NCBI GenBank assembly: GCA_017499595.2
Contig: CM039003.1
Coordinates: 682,001 to 746,000 of the forward strand
Direction: 5' to 3'
Origin: Psilocybe cubensis
Lineage: Eukaryota
DNA length: 64,000 nt
In this document: piece after piece, positions 11,127-25,117 of the stretch
Position numbering within the stretch: the first letter of the stretch is position 1
Layout of the letters: every line of letters begins with the position of its first letter
Notes under the pieces: model-generated
Seen by the model: only the letters and a program-made list of their open reading frames with translations
What the model was told of the DNA's origin: nothing
The model's database searches: none
Made by a program: the position numbers and the translations under genes

Positions 11127-14100
11127 TAGGTCGCCGAGTAGCTCACACTGCCCCGAGCTCGCCTGCTTCAACAGGTTATGGGCCCCGCGCTCTAAGCGCT
11201 CCAATTCCGTGTGTTGCAAACCAAGTTGCTTTCTGCATAGTTTTCACAAAACGGTCATTTTAGTTACTACCAACACTCGTATCCATCCGCTTACGTGTTC
11301 CTTCGCAATTCGCAATAATGACTTCTGATCCCCAAATCACTCCATTGAACTCAACCAACTACAACACCTGGGCAGGCCAGATGACCGCCTATCTCCAGTC
11401 TAAAGGGATATGGCGCATTGTCAGCGGTGCTAGAGCACAGCCAACGCTCTCAGACAAGCCCACTGCTCAGGAGGAAGCTTTGCTTGAAACCTATTTTGAG
11501 CAGAGAGACAAAGCATGTGGTTTGATCTATCTCAGTTTGGAGAATGATCAGAGGGTTCATGTGGAAGCCATCAAGGATGATCCTATCAAGATGTGGGATG
11601 CCCTCGCTGCTGTACATCAGCAAAAGCGCCCTGGCAACCGCTTTAATGCATATGATGATCTGTTCTCAATCCGAAAGGAGGAAGGTGAAAACCTTCAAAC
11701 CCTGATCAATAGAGTTGAGCAAGCCATGTTGCTAATTCAGCAGCTTCGCCCTAAGGGGTTTGATCTGGCTAAGCTTGATGAAGAGCTTGCTTCGCTTGCT
11801 CTGGTCAGGGCACTCCCAGAAGAGTACAGTTCATTTGCATCCTCACTTCTCCTTTTGGACAAGTTGAACAAGGCTACAATTCATCAAGCCTTTGTTACAG
11901 AGGACATACAGCGACGTTGCCGCGCTTTGGAGTTGCCTGCACTCGCCACCACGTTCCAGACCGCTCCAGCCCCTTCTGCATCCAAGCCCAAGTGCGCATT
12001 TTGTAATATGACCAATCATGCAATGGACAAGTGTCACAATTTCATTGCTACGCAAAAGGATGCAAAGGAGCGTGTCAAAGCGGCTCGCAAAGGCAATAGA
12101 GCGCACAAGGCCTCAGAGGCATCCAGTGAGGAAAAAGAGTCCAAGGACATGGAATTTGCTGGAAATGCAAGTGCTCTTAATACCGATGTTCCCTCTTCCA
12201 TTTCACCCCAAACTAATGACGATTGGATTGCAGACACAGGGGCGACTTCTCATATGACGCCCCATCGCAATTGGGTTAGAAATTACACCCCCCTTCGCAT
12301 TCCAATCCGATTAGCAGATGAACGAGTTATTTATTCTGCAGGGGTGGGCACTGTGTTCTTTGAACCAGTTGTAAATGGAATAAAGTCAAGAGGCGTCGAG
12401 TTAACTAGAGTTTTACATGTACCAGATCTCCGAAACAATCTACTGTCTGTTCTATACCTCACAAAGCACAAAGGCTTCAAAATCACCATTGATGCTAATC
12501 TGATGGAGTTTTATCGCAAAGGAGCTTGTCTCTTCTCTGCAGATGTTAGTACATCAAACTGCGCTTTATTGAACGGTTATACAGTTCCTATTTCGGAATC
12601 TGCCTTCATTTCCTCCAATTCCACTCTACCCCTTAATATCAGTCTCTGGCATCGTCGGTTTGCTCATCATAGCTACACTGACATCCAGAAGATGATTAGA
12701 GAGGGTATGGTCACCGGACTCAAGCTGAATTCACAGCAACAGCCTGACCCCATTTGTGAACCTTGCCTTGCAGGCAAGATGCATTCCAACCCATTTCCTT
12801 CTTCACCCAGCATGTCAGATGTTCCGCTTGCGCTTATCTTCTCAGATCTGAAAGGTCCTATCTCGCCCCCTACTCCTGAAGCCTATTGCTACTGGATAAC
12901 CTTTATTGATGACCATACAAAGAGTAGAGCTGCTGTGCTTCTTAAGCGCAAAAGCGATGCATTCAGTGCGTTTCAAACGTACAAAGCATGGGCTGAGAAC
13001 AAATTAGGCTTTAAGATCAAAGCGCTGCAGGATGACAAAGCTGGTGAATACATGTCAAATGCTTTCATCAAATTCACTGACCAGTGTGGCATTGAGCGTC
13101 GTCATACAACGCGAAATCGCCCACAACAGAACGGAGTTGCAGAGCGTGCAAATCGCACCATGGCAGAACATGTTACTTCCATGCTCAATGAGGCTCGTGT
13201 TCCACCTTCGTTTTGGGGTCACTGTGTTGCAGCATACATGCATGTATGGAATCGTGTTCCTACAGCTCCTCTACCGGACAAGACTCCGTATAAAAGCTGG
13301 AACAAGCGCAAACCTGATGTTAGTCATTTGAGGGTTTGGGGTTGCCTTGCATATGTTTATGTTCAGGGAGATAAGCGCAAATCGTTGCAGCCTCATATGG
13401 AAAAGTGTATCTTTGTTGGGTATCCTACTGGGTACAAGGGCTGGGAGTTTTACAACCCAGTCACCAAAAGGTTCATTGCCAAAGTTTGACCTTTTTTCCA
13501 CTTCTTCTGCAATTGCACCACCTTCTAATTCAGGTGGGCACTCTACTGGCTTCAATTTTGATGATGATGAGGATGACTCTACTCCAAGTCCTGTCATTGA
13601 GCCAGAGGTGCCTGAACAGCCAGCTGAACAGCCACAGCCTGAGGCCGTTCCTGCACCTCCTCCTAAGCCTGCACATCGTCAGCGTGCTCCAGTTGATCCT
13701 GCAATATTGAGACGCACTACTTGCGTTCCTACGCAGCCTGGTAAATGGTACAAGGTCACACATGATTCTGAACCACCTGAAGCCAATGATCCTGGATTTG
13801 AAGAGGTGGAATTTGCTGGGCTTGTTTCAAGCGCAGATCTGCGCACATTCAAACAGGCAATGAAAGCGCCTGATGCACACATGTGGGAAGAGGCTGCTAA
13901 TACAGAATTCAATCTGCTGCAGCACAATCAAACTTGGGAGCGAGTTGAGCTCTCTCCGGGTCAAAAAGCAATTGGCTGTGGTTGGGTCTTTAAAATCAAG
14001 CAAAATGCAGATGGCAGTATAGAGCGCTACAAGGCTCATATTGTTGCCAAGGGCTACAGTCAGTGCCCTGGCATTGATTACCATGAGGTCTTTGCTCCTA

Positions 14101-15745
14101 CTTTCTGCCCTGCTACTTTCCGCTTGATTGTGGCTCTGGCCGCCATTGGAGACTTGAAGTTGCACTCTGTTGATATTACAGCTGCTTTCACTAAAGGTGA
14201 CCTAGACGAGGAGATTTACATGTTACGACCTGAAGGATTTCACCAAGGTGGTCCTAACATGGTTTTGAAGCTCAAAAAGTCACTCTATGGTCATAAGCAG
14301 TCTGCACGTCAATGGAACCTCAAGTTGCATGAGGCATTGTCAGATATGGGGTTCAAACGTATAGAATCAGATCGCTCTGTCTACATCTATTCAGATGGAG
14401 ATGTGAAGATTATTGTTCCCATTTACATTGATGACATTACCTTTGCCTCCAAATCGGACGCTGCCATAGATAGAGCTGTTAAGCAGCTAGCTGCGCGTTT
14501 TGAACTCCGTGATCTGGGTCCTACACAGTATTTACTTGGTGTTGCCATTGAGCAAGATATGGCTGCTAAAACCATTTCCTTGCATCAGCGTCAGTATATC
14601 CTTGATATGCTTGATACATATGGCATGACTGATTCTAATCCGGTCAAAACACCTATGGCTGTGGGCACTGTTCTGTCCAAGGCAGATGGACCTCAGAATG
14701 GAGATGAGGTGGAATTTATGCGAAATGTTCCCTACCTCAATGCAGTTGGCTCCTTGCAGTATCTAGCCACCATAACCTGTCCTGACATTGCTTTTACTGT
14801 GTCCTATCAAGTTGACTTATTCTGGCGCTGTGGGCCATGATAACTTTGTCACCTACACTGATGCTGCACATGGTGATTGTGTAGATACTGGACGCTCTAC
14901 AAGTGGTTATTTGACCGTTCTAGCTGGAGGTGCTATTGGCTGGGCAAGCAAACTCCAAACTGTTGTAACTCTGTCTACTACTGAGGCAGAGTACATTGCT
15001 GCGGCGGAGGCAGCCAAGGAAATTGTGTGGATGCGCAATATCCTTGAGGAGTTTGGCTACACAGTCACTGAGTCCTCTGTGCTGCATATGGACAACCAGT
15101 CATCTATCAGTGTTTCCAAGAATCCAGAGCACCATGGACGGATGAAGCACCTTGATTTGCGCTATTATTGGCTTAGGGATGCTGTTAGTGTTGGAAAGAT
15201 TTCTCCTTCTTATATTTCTACTAATCAGCAAGCTGCTGATATTCTTACCAAACCCCTCTCACCTCCTAAAGTGGACTTTTGTAGAGATAAAATGGGTCTC
15301 AAACTTTAATCTTTCTTTCTCTGTTTTGCTTTATTTTTCTTTGTTCTGGAGACTTGTGAGAACTACATATTAAAATTGCTCTCTATGTCTCTCTCACTTT
15401 GCTATCTTATCAGATTAGATTACTTTCTTCTTATCTTCATTTGCTCTCCAGACCATTCTAGACACATGATATTTATCAGTCCATAGACTGGTCTGGACCG
15501 GACCAGAGTAGACCTAGGTAGACCAGAGTACTTGAGTCTACACAGTATATAGTCACTCTAGTTTACATCCTGAAGTCCCCAGTTACTCACTTCGGACTTC
15601 AGGTTAGTTTGTTAGCACTTTGCTCAATTCACCCAGTTACTCACTTCGGACTTCAGACGCTTCGTGCTCGCTTATCCCTGCGCCCTACGTTTTATAACTA
15701 GGTCGCCGAGTAGCTCACACTGCCCCGAGCTCGCCTGCTTCAACA
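11127..15745 (+). mobile_element. Ty1/Copia LTR retrotransposon B, deleted derivative
   Basis: gag-PR-IN-RT-RNaseH order; PBS GGTTATGGGCCCCGC at 11174; 47-bp 5' LTR remnant (11127-11173) identical to the end of the 3' LTR (~15368-15745, ends TTCAACA); no TSD visible. Confidence 0.95.
11318..15309 (+). pseudogene. Copia gag-pol split into three frames by two internal deletions
   Basis: CAFC..H..C knuckle; WIADTGATSH protease; LWHRRFAH/CEPC and QQNGVAER integrase; YIDD RT; YTDA..STTEAEY RNase H; frame breaks at ~13485 and ~14810. Confidence 0.9.
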
Positions 15746-15799
15746 TGGCTTTGAGAAGATGTGTGCATATTTACTGTCTTGTCCAACATGGGTCTTACA

Positions 15800-17950
15800 T
15801 ATGCTCCTGCACCACAGCACATTGTCTGTTGGGTTATCAGTAACCCCTTCATTAACTGAGTGCATGTGGACTCACCACTGGACTATCTTTGCTCGATTTG
15901 GCATCTGCAATAGCGGTGCTACAAATTATACCTCTCTAACAAGGGCTAGAGTTGAAGGCTACACAAAAAGGGTGAATTCCTTATCAGCATCTATGTTGAA
16001 CAAGATAGAAGAGCAAATTTACCTTGTCTAGCAGTTCAAAGCTAAACAACAGGAAGAAAAAGAAATAGCATGGAAAAATAGAGATGCAGAGATGGTAGAT
16101 AATAGGAAAAGAAAGAGGAAACAGAACAAACCAGGTAAAGAGGAAAATGAGAAGAATAGCAGCAAGCCTTTTGTTTGTCATTCTGATTAGATGCCCTTGT
16201 AAATGCAAGTGTATGACAATGATGAGGAGCACAATAAGAAGGTTGGACACAGTCACAAAGACCACAGCACACAATATAATTTGCCAAGTCAGCTGCAATA
16301 TAGCCAATACAAATGGCAATGGGCAGGATTATGTAGTTGTATAAATACTAGTGCTAATGTCGGTTTGTATTCCCAGAAAATATGAGCTACAGGTTAAATG
16401 GTACCAGGCAGATTGAAGAAGCAGGCCTAAAAAGTTCTGCTGTTGATTCTGCATGTGCACTTGGAGCTATTGCTTGAGCAATTGGTATACAATAGCCTTC
16501 ATTGCACTCAAGCACAATCCGGCTAGTAAGTACCAGCTAGGCATGTACATTGCACCATGCAATCTTGTATATTTGCAATTCTGTACAGGTTTGAAAAGGT
16601 GTATTCTTGTATCTGCCTTGAAGCATTTTTGACATTTTTCTGGATGAGGAGATTGAGTAGAGTATAATTGTGTCACCACATGCTTTCAAATCATGTAAGA
16701 TAAATTTTATATTTATATAATATTCAATGAGCTCCTTTGTAACCCAATAATTCTGCATCTTCCAGTCCAGATTTCTTGACAACAAACTATAGATTTTTTA
16801 AATCCTCTGTATGATAAGAAAGAGACTGCATTAAGACAATAAACATTATCTCCTTCATTGGAAGACAGATGAAGCTGTTTTGTCCAGTATATAGGATGAA
16901 TTAGTAAAAATTTCTTCATTTGGGGGACCATAAATCAATATAAGTGCATATGAATCTGATCTCCAGGATTGCCTTCATCTCAATCAAAGAAATAGTATTG
17001 AATTTCAGCAAATTGAATTTTACTATTACAGCTAAACTAATTGTAATGTTATGATAGTGCTATAGATATAAAGAATAAGAAATATTACTATACCTTGACA
17101 TTGCAAGGGATTCTTTTGTCCTCAGAGGTGTGTTTTGATTTTAAAAAAAGGCTTCACACTATCTGTCTATTGGGTGATTGAAGTCAGCCCCATTTTTGCT
17201 ATTTTTTTTTTTGTCAAATATCTGACTGACAGCTTCAAATTCTCTTTTAGAAAGTGCATGTGCTGCTTTTTCTTATGGTCAAAGCAAAATATAACCGCTA
17301 CCCAGATTGAAAAAGAATTGCAGTAGATTTTGCATCAAATCTTTGTCAAGTTTTGGGCAAGCTGCTTTTAGTGTATTAATTTGTGCATATTAGAGGGCAA
17401 GTTAAGCAAGATTCAAAAAGGGGTTTGATGGCTGCCAAATTCCTCTTCCAAGATTCCTAATTGCACATTCCATAGTATACTGATTATTAAGACATCCATT
17501 TCCAACCCAGAGAATCTTGGGAGCAGTATGTAAAAGTGAATAATAGCAGGGTTAAATAAAATGTAGCAGTCTGGTTGGCTCTGATAGTAAATATTCTTGT
17601 ATTCTTTCACAAATTAGACAAAACAACTATGGGCCTCCTATATTTGTTTTCCACTTGTCTTCCTTTGCATGATAATACAAAAATCTCACACAAGTTTGCA
17701 GAAGTTTTTTCAGTATATCTTTAGAAGAACTATTTGGAAAAAAGCTGGCCCATGCCCAAAAAGATAGATATAGTATTTTGTTGCTTTATATTTGCTAGAA
17801 ATTTTCTCTGCAGAATTTTAAGGAGGGCAGTGAAAAAAGAATGGAAAATACTTAGTGGCTACAGCAACAAGTTTTCCATGAGCTTGCCAAGTTTCATACC
17901 TGTAGCTGCTAGCTAGGTTAATGTATCACATCTGGACAGTTGCCCAGTAT
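15800..17950 (-). other. Heavily decayed coding-like sequence, probably a DNA-transposon gene relic
   Basis: Short broken Cys/His-containing frames and CpG loss; no motif I can name reliably. Confidence 0.25.
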
Positions 17951-18751
17951 ATGTTATACATCTATAAGGGAAGTTTGCCCACTCTTTTTGGCCAGCCCAA
18001 CCAACTGGGCTACTGGGCTATTATGGAAGTTGTTTATTAATAGGCGGGATCATGTAAACAACAGTAAAAATCACTTTTAATATTGGGCAGGCCTCCATAG
18101 TGTAGCTTAACTCATTGTTTAGGACATTCTTAAGCACCAAAAAAATAGTAAATGGGCAAATATATATTTGAAATCTATATCAGGCATTTGCCTGCCTTTT
18201 CAAAGGTGGAAAGAGATGGATGCAAGAGCTAGACTTTGGATGACAATCTCTGATATTTTTTTTTGCTAATAATAGAACTTTGCTCATCAAATGATGCACA
18301 CTATTGATTGCATTAAATCTGATGTCCAATATTGATTGACATCAAAATTGATATCAGGAACTTGGTCTAATTATATCAGAATTAGCTATAATATCAGAAT
18401 CAATTAGGGTTTCCCTGCCTTTGGTCCCTGAGTCAATAAACAATACTCATTCTATGCTACTTTTATGCATTGCTAGCAATAGATTGGATGCTTTTGGGGG
18501 CATTTCTGGACTATTTCTCTTGGTCTTTTTTGGTAGATCTATATGGAAAACCCTTTAGTATAAGAGAAAACACTCACATGCTCAATAGAATCATAGATCT
18601 TTGGTATATTAAAATGTTGTAGGGTATACATACAAACTCTAGTAAGACAAAATGATGGAAGAATGAATGAAAAAAAGAAAATGAGCTTGTATCAATTGAG
18701 TATGAAGTGACGTCAAACAAAATATAAGTAAACAGAGGTGTCCATGTTTAT

Positions 18752-19350
18752 ACTTTCCTCTCTCCATAAAAAGAAAAAAAAAAAGATAAAAAATATGAAG
18801 CAGGGAGCCAAGAAATAGTCAAGAGCGGAGTACTACAATGCTTAGCATAGATGCCTCAAAACCCAATGGGAAAAAGCTACTGGCTAGCCACAGAGAGAAG
18901 TAAGAAACTACATAAAAAAATGCAGTTTGCTACAGCCGGTTCCTTTTAACCAACCAGATATTGAGTACTTGTGTATCATTGAGATGTGATCCAGGCAGCC
19001 ACCAAATTTTATTATCATCTTTGTTGAGCCATCTAATGAGATACTGATACCCTTGGCCGCATTTCTTTTTATCAATAATATTGCAAGTCTTTATTGATAA
19101 CAGTTGGTGGGTTAAGTTTTACTCTTGATGGGAATAGTGTGTTGTCATTTGAAATGTGAGATTTCATAAATGAAGTGTGGAACACCCGACATATTGACTT
19201 TGTTGCGTTTAGCAAGTCAAGCATAACTGTGGAAGCATTCTCATTGCATGCCAGGACAATATATGGTCCATTGAAACATGACATGAACTTTGCAACACAA
19301 TATTTTCTACTAGCCTTATATTTTTTGTGCCTATTTTTGGTAGATAGCAT
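18752..19350 (-). mobile_element. Decayed chromoviral Gypsy 3' fragment (integrase GPY/F, chromodomain, PPT)
   Basis: AKFMSCFNGPY..VFHTS, then YQYLIRW..WWLPGSHL; purine tract GGAGAGAGGAAAG near 18753-18765 on the minus strand. Confidence 0.8.
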
Positions 19351-19620
19351 TACTTTCTATCCTACAAAAAAAGGGAAAATTAGAATACAACATGAATTAG
19401 CACTAGTAGCTGCCATTTAAATCAATCATAACGTGCTGAGTGCCTACATGGCAATATGCATTTTTACCACATTTTAATGATATGAAATTATGGATTATTG
19501 CTGTAAGTTATAGCTAAATGATATATCTTTCAATATTGTAACACAGCTAAGTAATTGCAAATCATTAAAAGGCTTGTAATCTACAGTATTTTGTCAATAA
19601 GATATCATAAAGTTGCTTAT

Positions 19621-19985
19621 AAGCTACCACATTTTGGAATTGGATTATTAAGATCATTGTAAATTACAAAAGAATAGTAAATATTGTATGATATTATTAT
19701 TTATAAGCTACCACACCCTAGAGCAAAATCATTAGAGTTACTATAGTCTACATAAATGCAGTAAATGTTAGATCATATCATTTCTTGTAGATTACCATAT
19801 GCTGGAATTAGATCATTCAGATCATTGTAAATTACAGAAGAATAGTAAATATTATATGATATTATTGCTTGTAAGTTACCATACTCTGGAGCAAAATCAT
19901 TAGGGTCACTATAGTCTATAAAAATGCAACAAATGCTAGATTATATCATTCTTTGTAGATTACCATATGCTAGAATAAGATTATC
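19621..19985. repeat. Minisatellite: 84-bp monomers arranged as 168-bp dimers
   Basis: Unit starts at 19621, 19705, 19789, 19873 and 19957; alternate units are most alike. Confidence 0.85.
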
Positions 19986-20089
19986 CATTCTTTTTGATTA
20001 GATATAAGCATGTATCTTATTTGTGCTTGATCATTTGTGATATAATGCCATCAATTCAAGAATCCTAGCTAATTCTGGATCTTGCCATT

Positions 20090-23000
20090 AGCTCTATCAA
20101 AACTATTATTAAATAAACCTTCTGATCTTGGCCCCTAGGTCTATAAATAATGCTTATTCTATGCTACTTTTATGTATTGCTAGCAATGGATTGGGTACTT
20201 TTGGGGAGGCATTTCTGGACCATTTTCTTTGATATTCTTTGATAGACCTATAGTATTAAGGTGTCCCAATCTGAATCTAAAATCAGAATTAAAATATCTT
20301 TACTTATTATTGTGTAATTAAGTATACAATGTTTTTTTAGCCAAAAAGCGCACTTTGAATAGCACCCTCCAGGGGTTGGTATGCACCCTTTTAACTATGC
20401 CATTATTTTTTATTTATGTTAAACAGAGTACATGCTAAGTTTTAGCTAAATTTAAGCAGCAAAATTTATTGAACTAGGATATGCACCTTACCCCTCCTTG
20501 TACCTCTTGTATAAATGTCTTCCTGATCAGATAAATTCTGGCATAGCTAGGATTGAGTAAGTGCCTACTATACAAATTTTTAGATCCTATAATCCTGATC
20601 AAATTCCAAGATTGAAGCATGACACTCCCCATCCTCCCTACATTTTGTCTATTTTATTACAGAGCAGAATAGGCATTCACACTATTAACAAGCATGTAGA
20701 TCCATTACTAACAGTACATAAAGTTTAAAATTTATTCTTGAAAATCCTTTAGAGCAAGAAAACATACTGATTTAAGGAGGGTATGAGGAAAGGTATGGTA
20801 GGTTATTGATCAGGACATATCTCTACAAATACTTTGTCATAAATCATATTCTTGATGTCTATAGATATCTAGAAGTGCCTTCTGAATATCATTTTAAGTT
20901 GCAAAAAGATCCATTTGCTAGATGAGATGTTGCAGAGAGAATATCATTCTTTATCAAAATGCACAGTATTTTTGCATTTACTATATATAAACATTCAAAA
21001 TCAAGAAATATAAAAGCAGGATAGTATAGCCCTAAATCTTAGCTTTCCAGAACATTAAGGATATTGTGCATTGGACTAGTGGTTATTGAGATATAGAAAA
21101 AAAGGTGTTAAAGAATCCATCAGAGACCCAGATGGATATTAGCCTTTATTTATGCTTTATTTGTGGTCAATTACCTCTTTGGCTATTCTCCAAGATACAT
21201 TTTGACATATCTTAGCTCATACTTATTGGATTTCCATAATTCTATATACCACAGATAGGTGTCATTTGGGGCTATACAGCCGTATTATATTTGTATTTTT
21301 TGAATGTTGTCTTGTTCATTATATCTTGCTTTTTTGGTATTTTTGGACAATATTGCTTATTCTTCTGATACCATCTTGTGAAGTGTTTTGGCTGTTTAGC
21401 ATTCTGAATATAATATGTAGAGAATATTAATAGCTATCCGTAGATGTATGGTATGTGCATTTTGGTAAAGAATAAGCAGTAATATACTAATATTATAATG
21501 GAAATCCAATCACTACTTGTTTGCCTCACAACCAAGATGTTTTTCTTCATCCAGAATGTTTCAAAGATATATGTTATATTTTTGGTACTATATAGAGTAG
21601 CATTACATATCTATATGTGCTAGAAAAGGTTATTCTATCCCATACTAAAGCTAGAAATGGCTATTCTATCTCATAATAAAATATACAAATTCTGGAGAGG
21701 ATGGAGGTAGTACCCTTAAATCTTAGAGTTACACCAAGATTTTAGGCTTTAAAAATTGGCATAACAGATGCCTACTCAGCCCCAGCTGGGCCTAAATGTA
21801 TCTGATCAGGAAGACATTTATACAAAGAGTGCATATCCTAGTTTAATAGATTCTGCTGCTCCAATTTAGCTGAAACTTGACATGTACTCTATTTAATATA
21901 AATAAAAAATAATGGGACCACTCCTTAAACCACAACTACCACTTTTTGGAAACTTCCCACACACTAAAGAGTGCAGGGAATTGTCTGCTCAAGCTGCACA
22001 AATACAACACAACCATACAAATCTACATAAAATGTATACGCGGATACAAAACAAATAAACTGAGAAATATATATGCATCAATATATGCACTATATTTCTT
22101 ATAAAATTCCAGTACAGTGAAAAAAATTGCAATATTTGTACTTAGTATTGCACAATTAAGTGTATAATATTTTGGTCAAAAAGTAAATCTTAAATAGCAC
22201 TCTCCATATATTGATATGCATCTTTTTGACCATGCCATTATTTTTTATTTATATAGAAGTGAGTACATGCCAAGTTTAAACTTAATTGGAGCAGCAAAAC
22301 CTATTGAACTAGAATATGCACCCTCTCCTCCTCCTATCCCTTGTATAAATGCCTTCCTAATCAGATAAATTCAGGCACAGCTAGGATTGGTTAGGTGCCT
22401 ATTATACTAATTTTTAAAGCCTATAATCTTGTTTAAATTCCAAAATTGAAGAATCTACTCCCTATCTTTTCTAGATTTTGTGTATTTTATTATGGGTCAG
22501 AATATGCATTTCTTTTACATATTACTACTGTGGAACTCCTGAACACTAAAATATACTAAGCAAACAGCAATTGCTCCTTTTGTCTAATAAAAAATACTAT
22601 TAAAGATTACAAAAACAAATTTCACACTGATAATTATTGATCTAATCATCTTTCTCTATGCTGAAAGTTAGAACATGATTGCTTGGCATTTTGAAACCAG
22701 TAAAAATAGCTGATATGACAAAAAGAAGACATTTTAGTATGAATAAAATAATTATTATTAGTGCTTTAGCAATACATCAGATTTTCTTGGAAATTTAATA
22801 GTATTTTGTAGAGTATTGGACACACTGTTAGCCAGACAGCTATATTTAGTATGCTTTTAATACTATATATTTAGGTGTGCTTCAAATCAGTAAATTTAGG
22901 TGTACATAATATAGGTAATTTTACATGTATAAGAATACAATTAAGTAATAAAATTCAAGGGTGCTAAGAAAAACCGTAAGATAATGCTTTAAACAGGTAA

Positions 23001-24170
23001 AGCAAATAGAAGAGATGTGTTCTAGTATATGGCCCTTAAGAGCTCAAAGTTGTTGGGTAAATGTGAAACCCTGGTATACAATAAACAAGATCAATGTGGG
23101 TATTATTATAGATGTGGCTGTTTCAATAAAATATCCAATGGCTCTCAAACTTAAAAGGTCGGGATTTGACTTCTGTGTAGTGACTTAATAATAGGCACAA
23201 GAAGACTGGACAATGTTGTGTGGGCAGTTGGTCTTAAGCTTGCATAGGGCATAGATGGGGGAAGGCAGAATAAATATGGACTGAAGGCACTAAATTGTCG
23301 ACTATTTTTACAGCCGGTGCATATAGTATTAATCTGGGTGCACTAGTTGATAATATTAAGGCCATGAGTGCACTAGTGCCTACCACTTTTTATGATAAAA
23401 CAATAGCAAGTGTTAGCACACTCTTTTTATAACTGTTGATGGTTTTATCACAAAGCCAAATAATGAGAAGATTAGCCTATTTTTTATAAGTTTTGCTTTG
23501 CTTTTTCAGTCTTTTTCATTAGATAATACCATGCTTTCTCATTATCTTTAGGATACTTTTTTATTACCTTTTGATTAGATACCAGCCTGGTTATTTGATA
23601 AGATAGTTCTACATCAATATATCTTATTTATGCCTGGTCATTTCTAATGCCATGCCATCAAATTAGGAATACTGTGGGTACTTCTGGATCATGTCTATCA
23701 ATCTATCAAAGCTATTATTAAATAAACTTTTCTCTTCTTGGCCTCTGGATCTATAAATAGTGCTCATCCTATGCTACTTTTGTGCATTGCTGGCAATAGA
23801 TTGGGCACTTTTGGGGGCATTAGTAGATCTATATTTTAAAGGTGTCTAAATCCAAATCTAAAATTAGAATTGCAATATCTTTACTTGTTATTGTACAATT
23901 AAATGTATGATGTTTTGGTCAAAAAGTGCACCTTGAATAATATACTCCAGGGGTTAGTCTGGGCACCTTTAACTATGCCATTATTTTTTATTTATAATAA
24001 ACGGAGTACATGCTAAGTTTCAGCTCAATTGAAGCAGTGAAATCTATTGAACTAGCATATGTATCCTACCTCTCCTCCTACCCCTTGTATGAATATCTTC
24101 CTGATTTGATAAATTCAAGCCAAACTGAGATAATGTAGGTGCTTATTATACCAATTTTTAAAGCCCAAGA
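20090..24170. repeat. Dispersed AT-rich modules in both orientations
   Basis: Module B at ~20290-20680 (+), ~21655-21915 (-), ~22120-22510 (+) and ~23860-24170 (+). Module A (ATGCTACTTTT..GGGGGCATTTCTGG) at ~18445, ~20150, ~23760 and inverted at ~24180-24245. Confidence 0.8.
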
Positions 24171-24633
24171 TAGGAAACGGTCCAGAAATGCCCCCAAAAG
24201 TGCTCAATCCATTGCCAGCAATACACACAAGTAGTATAGGATGAGCGCTACTTATAGACCCAGGGGCCAAGGAGAGAAAAGTTTATTTAATAATAGCTTT
24301 GATAGATTGATAGACACGATCCAGAAGTACCCACAGTATTTCTGATTTGATGGCATGGCATCAGAAATGACCAGGCATAAATAAGATATATTGATGTAGA
24401 ACTATCTTATCAAATAACCAGGCTGGTATCTAATCAAAAGATAATAAAAAAATGCCCTAAAGATAATAAGAAAGCATGATATTATCTAATGAAAAAGACT
24501 TTGAAAAAGCAAAGCAAAACTTATAAAAAATAGGCTAATCTTCTCATTATTTGGCTTTGTGATAAAACCATCAATAGTTATAAAAAGAATGTGCTAACAC
24601 TTGTTATTGTTTTATGATAAAAATGGTAGGTAC
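23376..24633. repeat. Foldback: ~445-bp inverted arms with ~365-bp spacer
   Basis: 23376-23821 is the reverse complement of 24187-24633, roughly 90% identical by eye. Confidence 0.9.
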
Positions 24634-25117
24634 CACTCATGAGTGAGACATTTGCATCAAATCTCAACTATTTGATTTTGTTACCTCTTTTCCTCCTTCT
24701 CTTGAAGCACAAGAAAAACCTCAAAGGTCAATAAAATATATAACAAAAGTAAAAATCTTGATTGCATATAATACTTACCCTAGCTGTATGATTAGCATAC
24801 AAAACTTTGCTATCTAAGTATATTGATTCATTTGTCAATATTTACTAAATGCTCTACAAAAGCCTGTTTATTTGCACAGCTTCTATATACACATCTCTTC
24901 TCCAACAACCTTTACCTTCCTTACAGTCTTCCTCAAAACCACTCCTTCAACCTCTTTTATCATTTTAAATTTTCTCATTCAACTCATTATGCCCAATTTG
25001 AATATCCTTGTGGACAAAGCAATGCACTACTTTAATTTTGTGATGGTAGTCCCAATTTTTATTAGTGGAATGTTGTGCATCATCCTGATGTTCCTTGGCA
25101 ACATTATGGCCCCTATT

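Noticed and set aside
19621-19985. 84-bp unit as a 28-aa leucine-rich repeat
   Set aside because: Stops in all six frames of the unit I translated and no LRR pattern.
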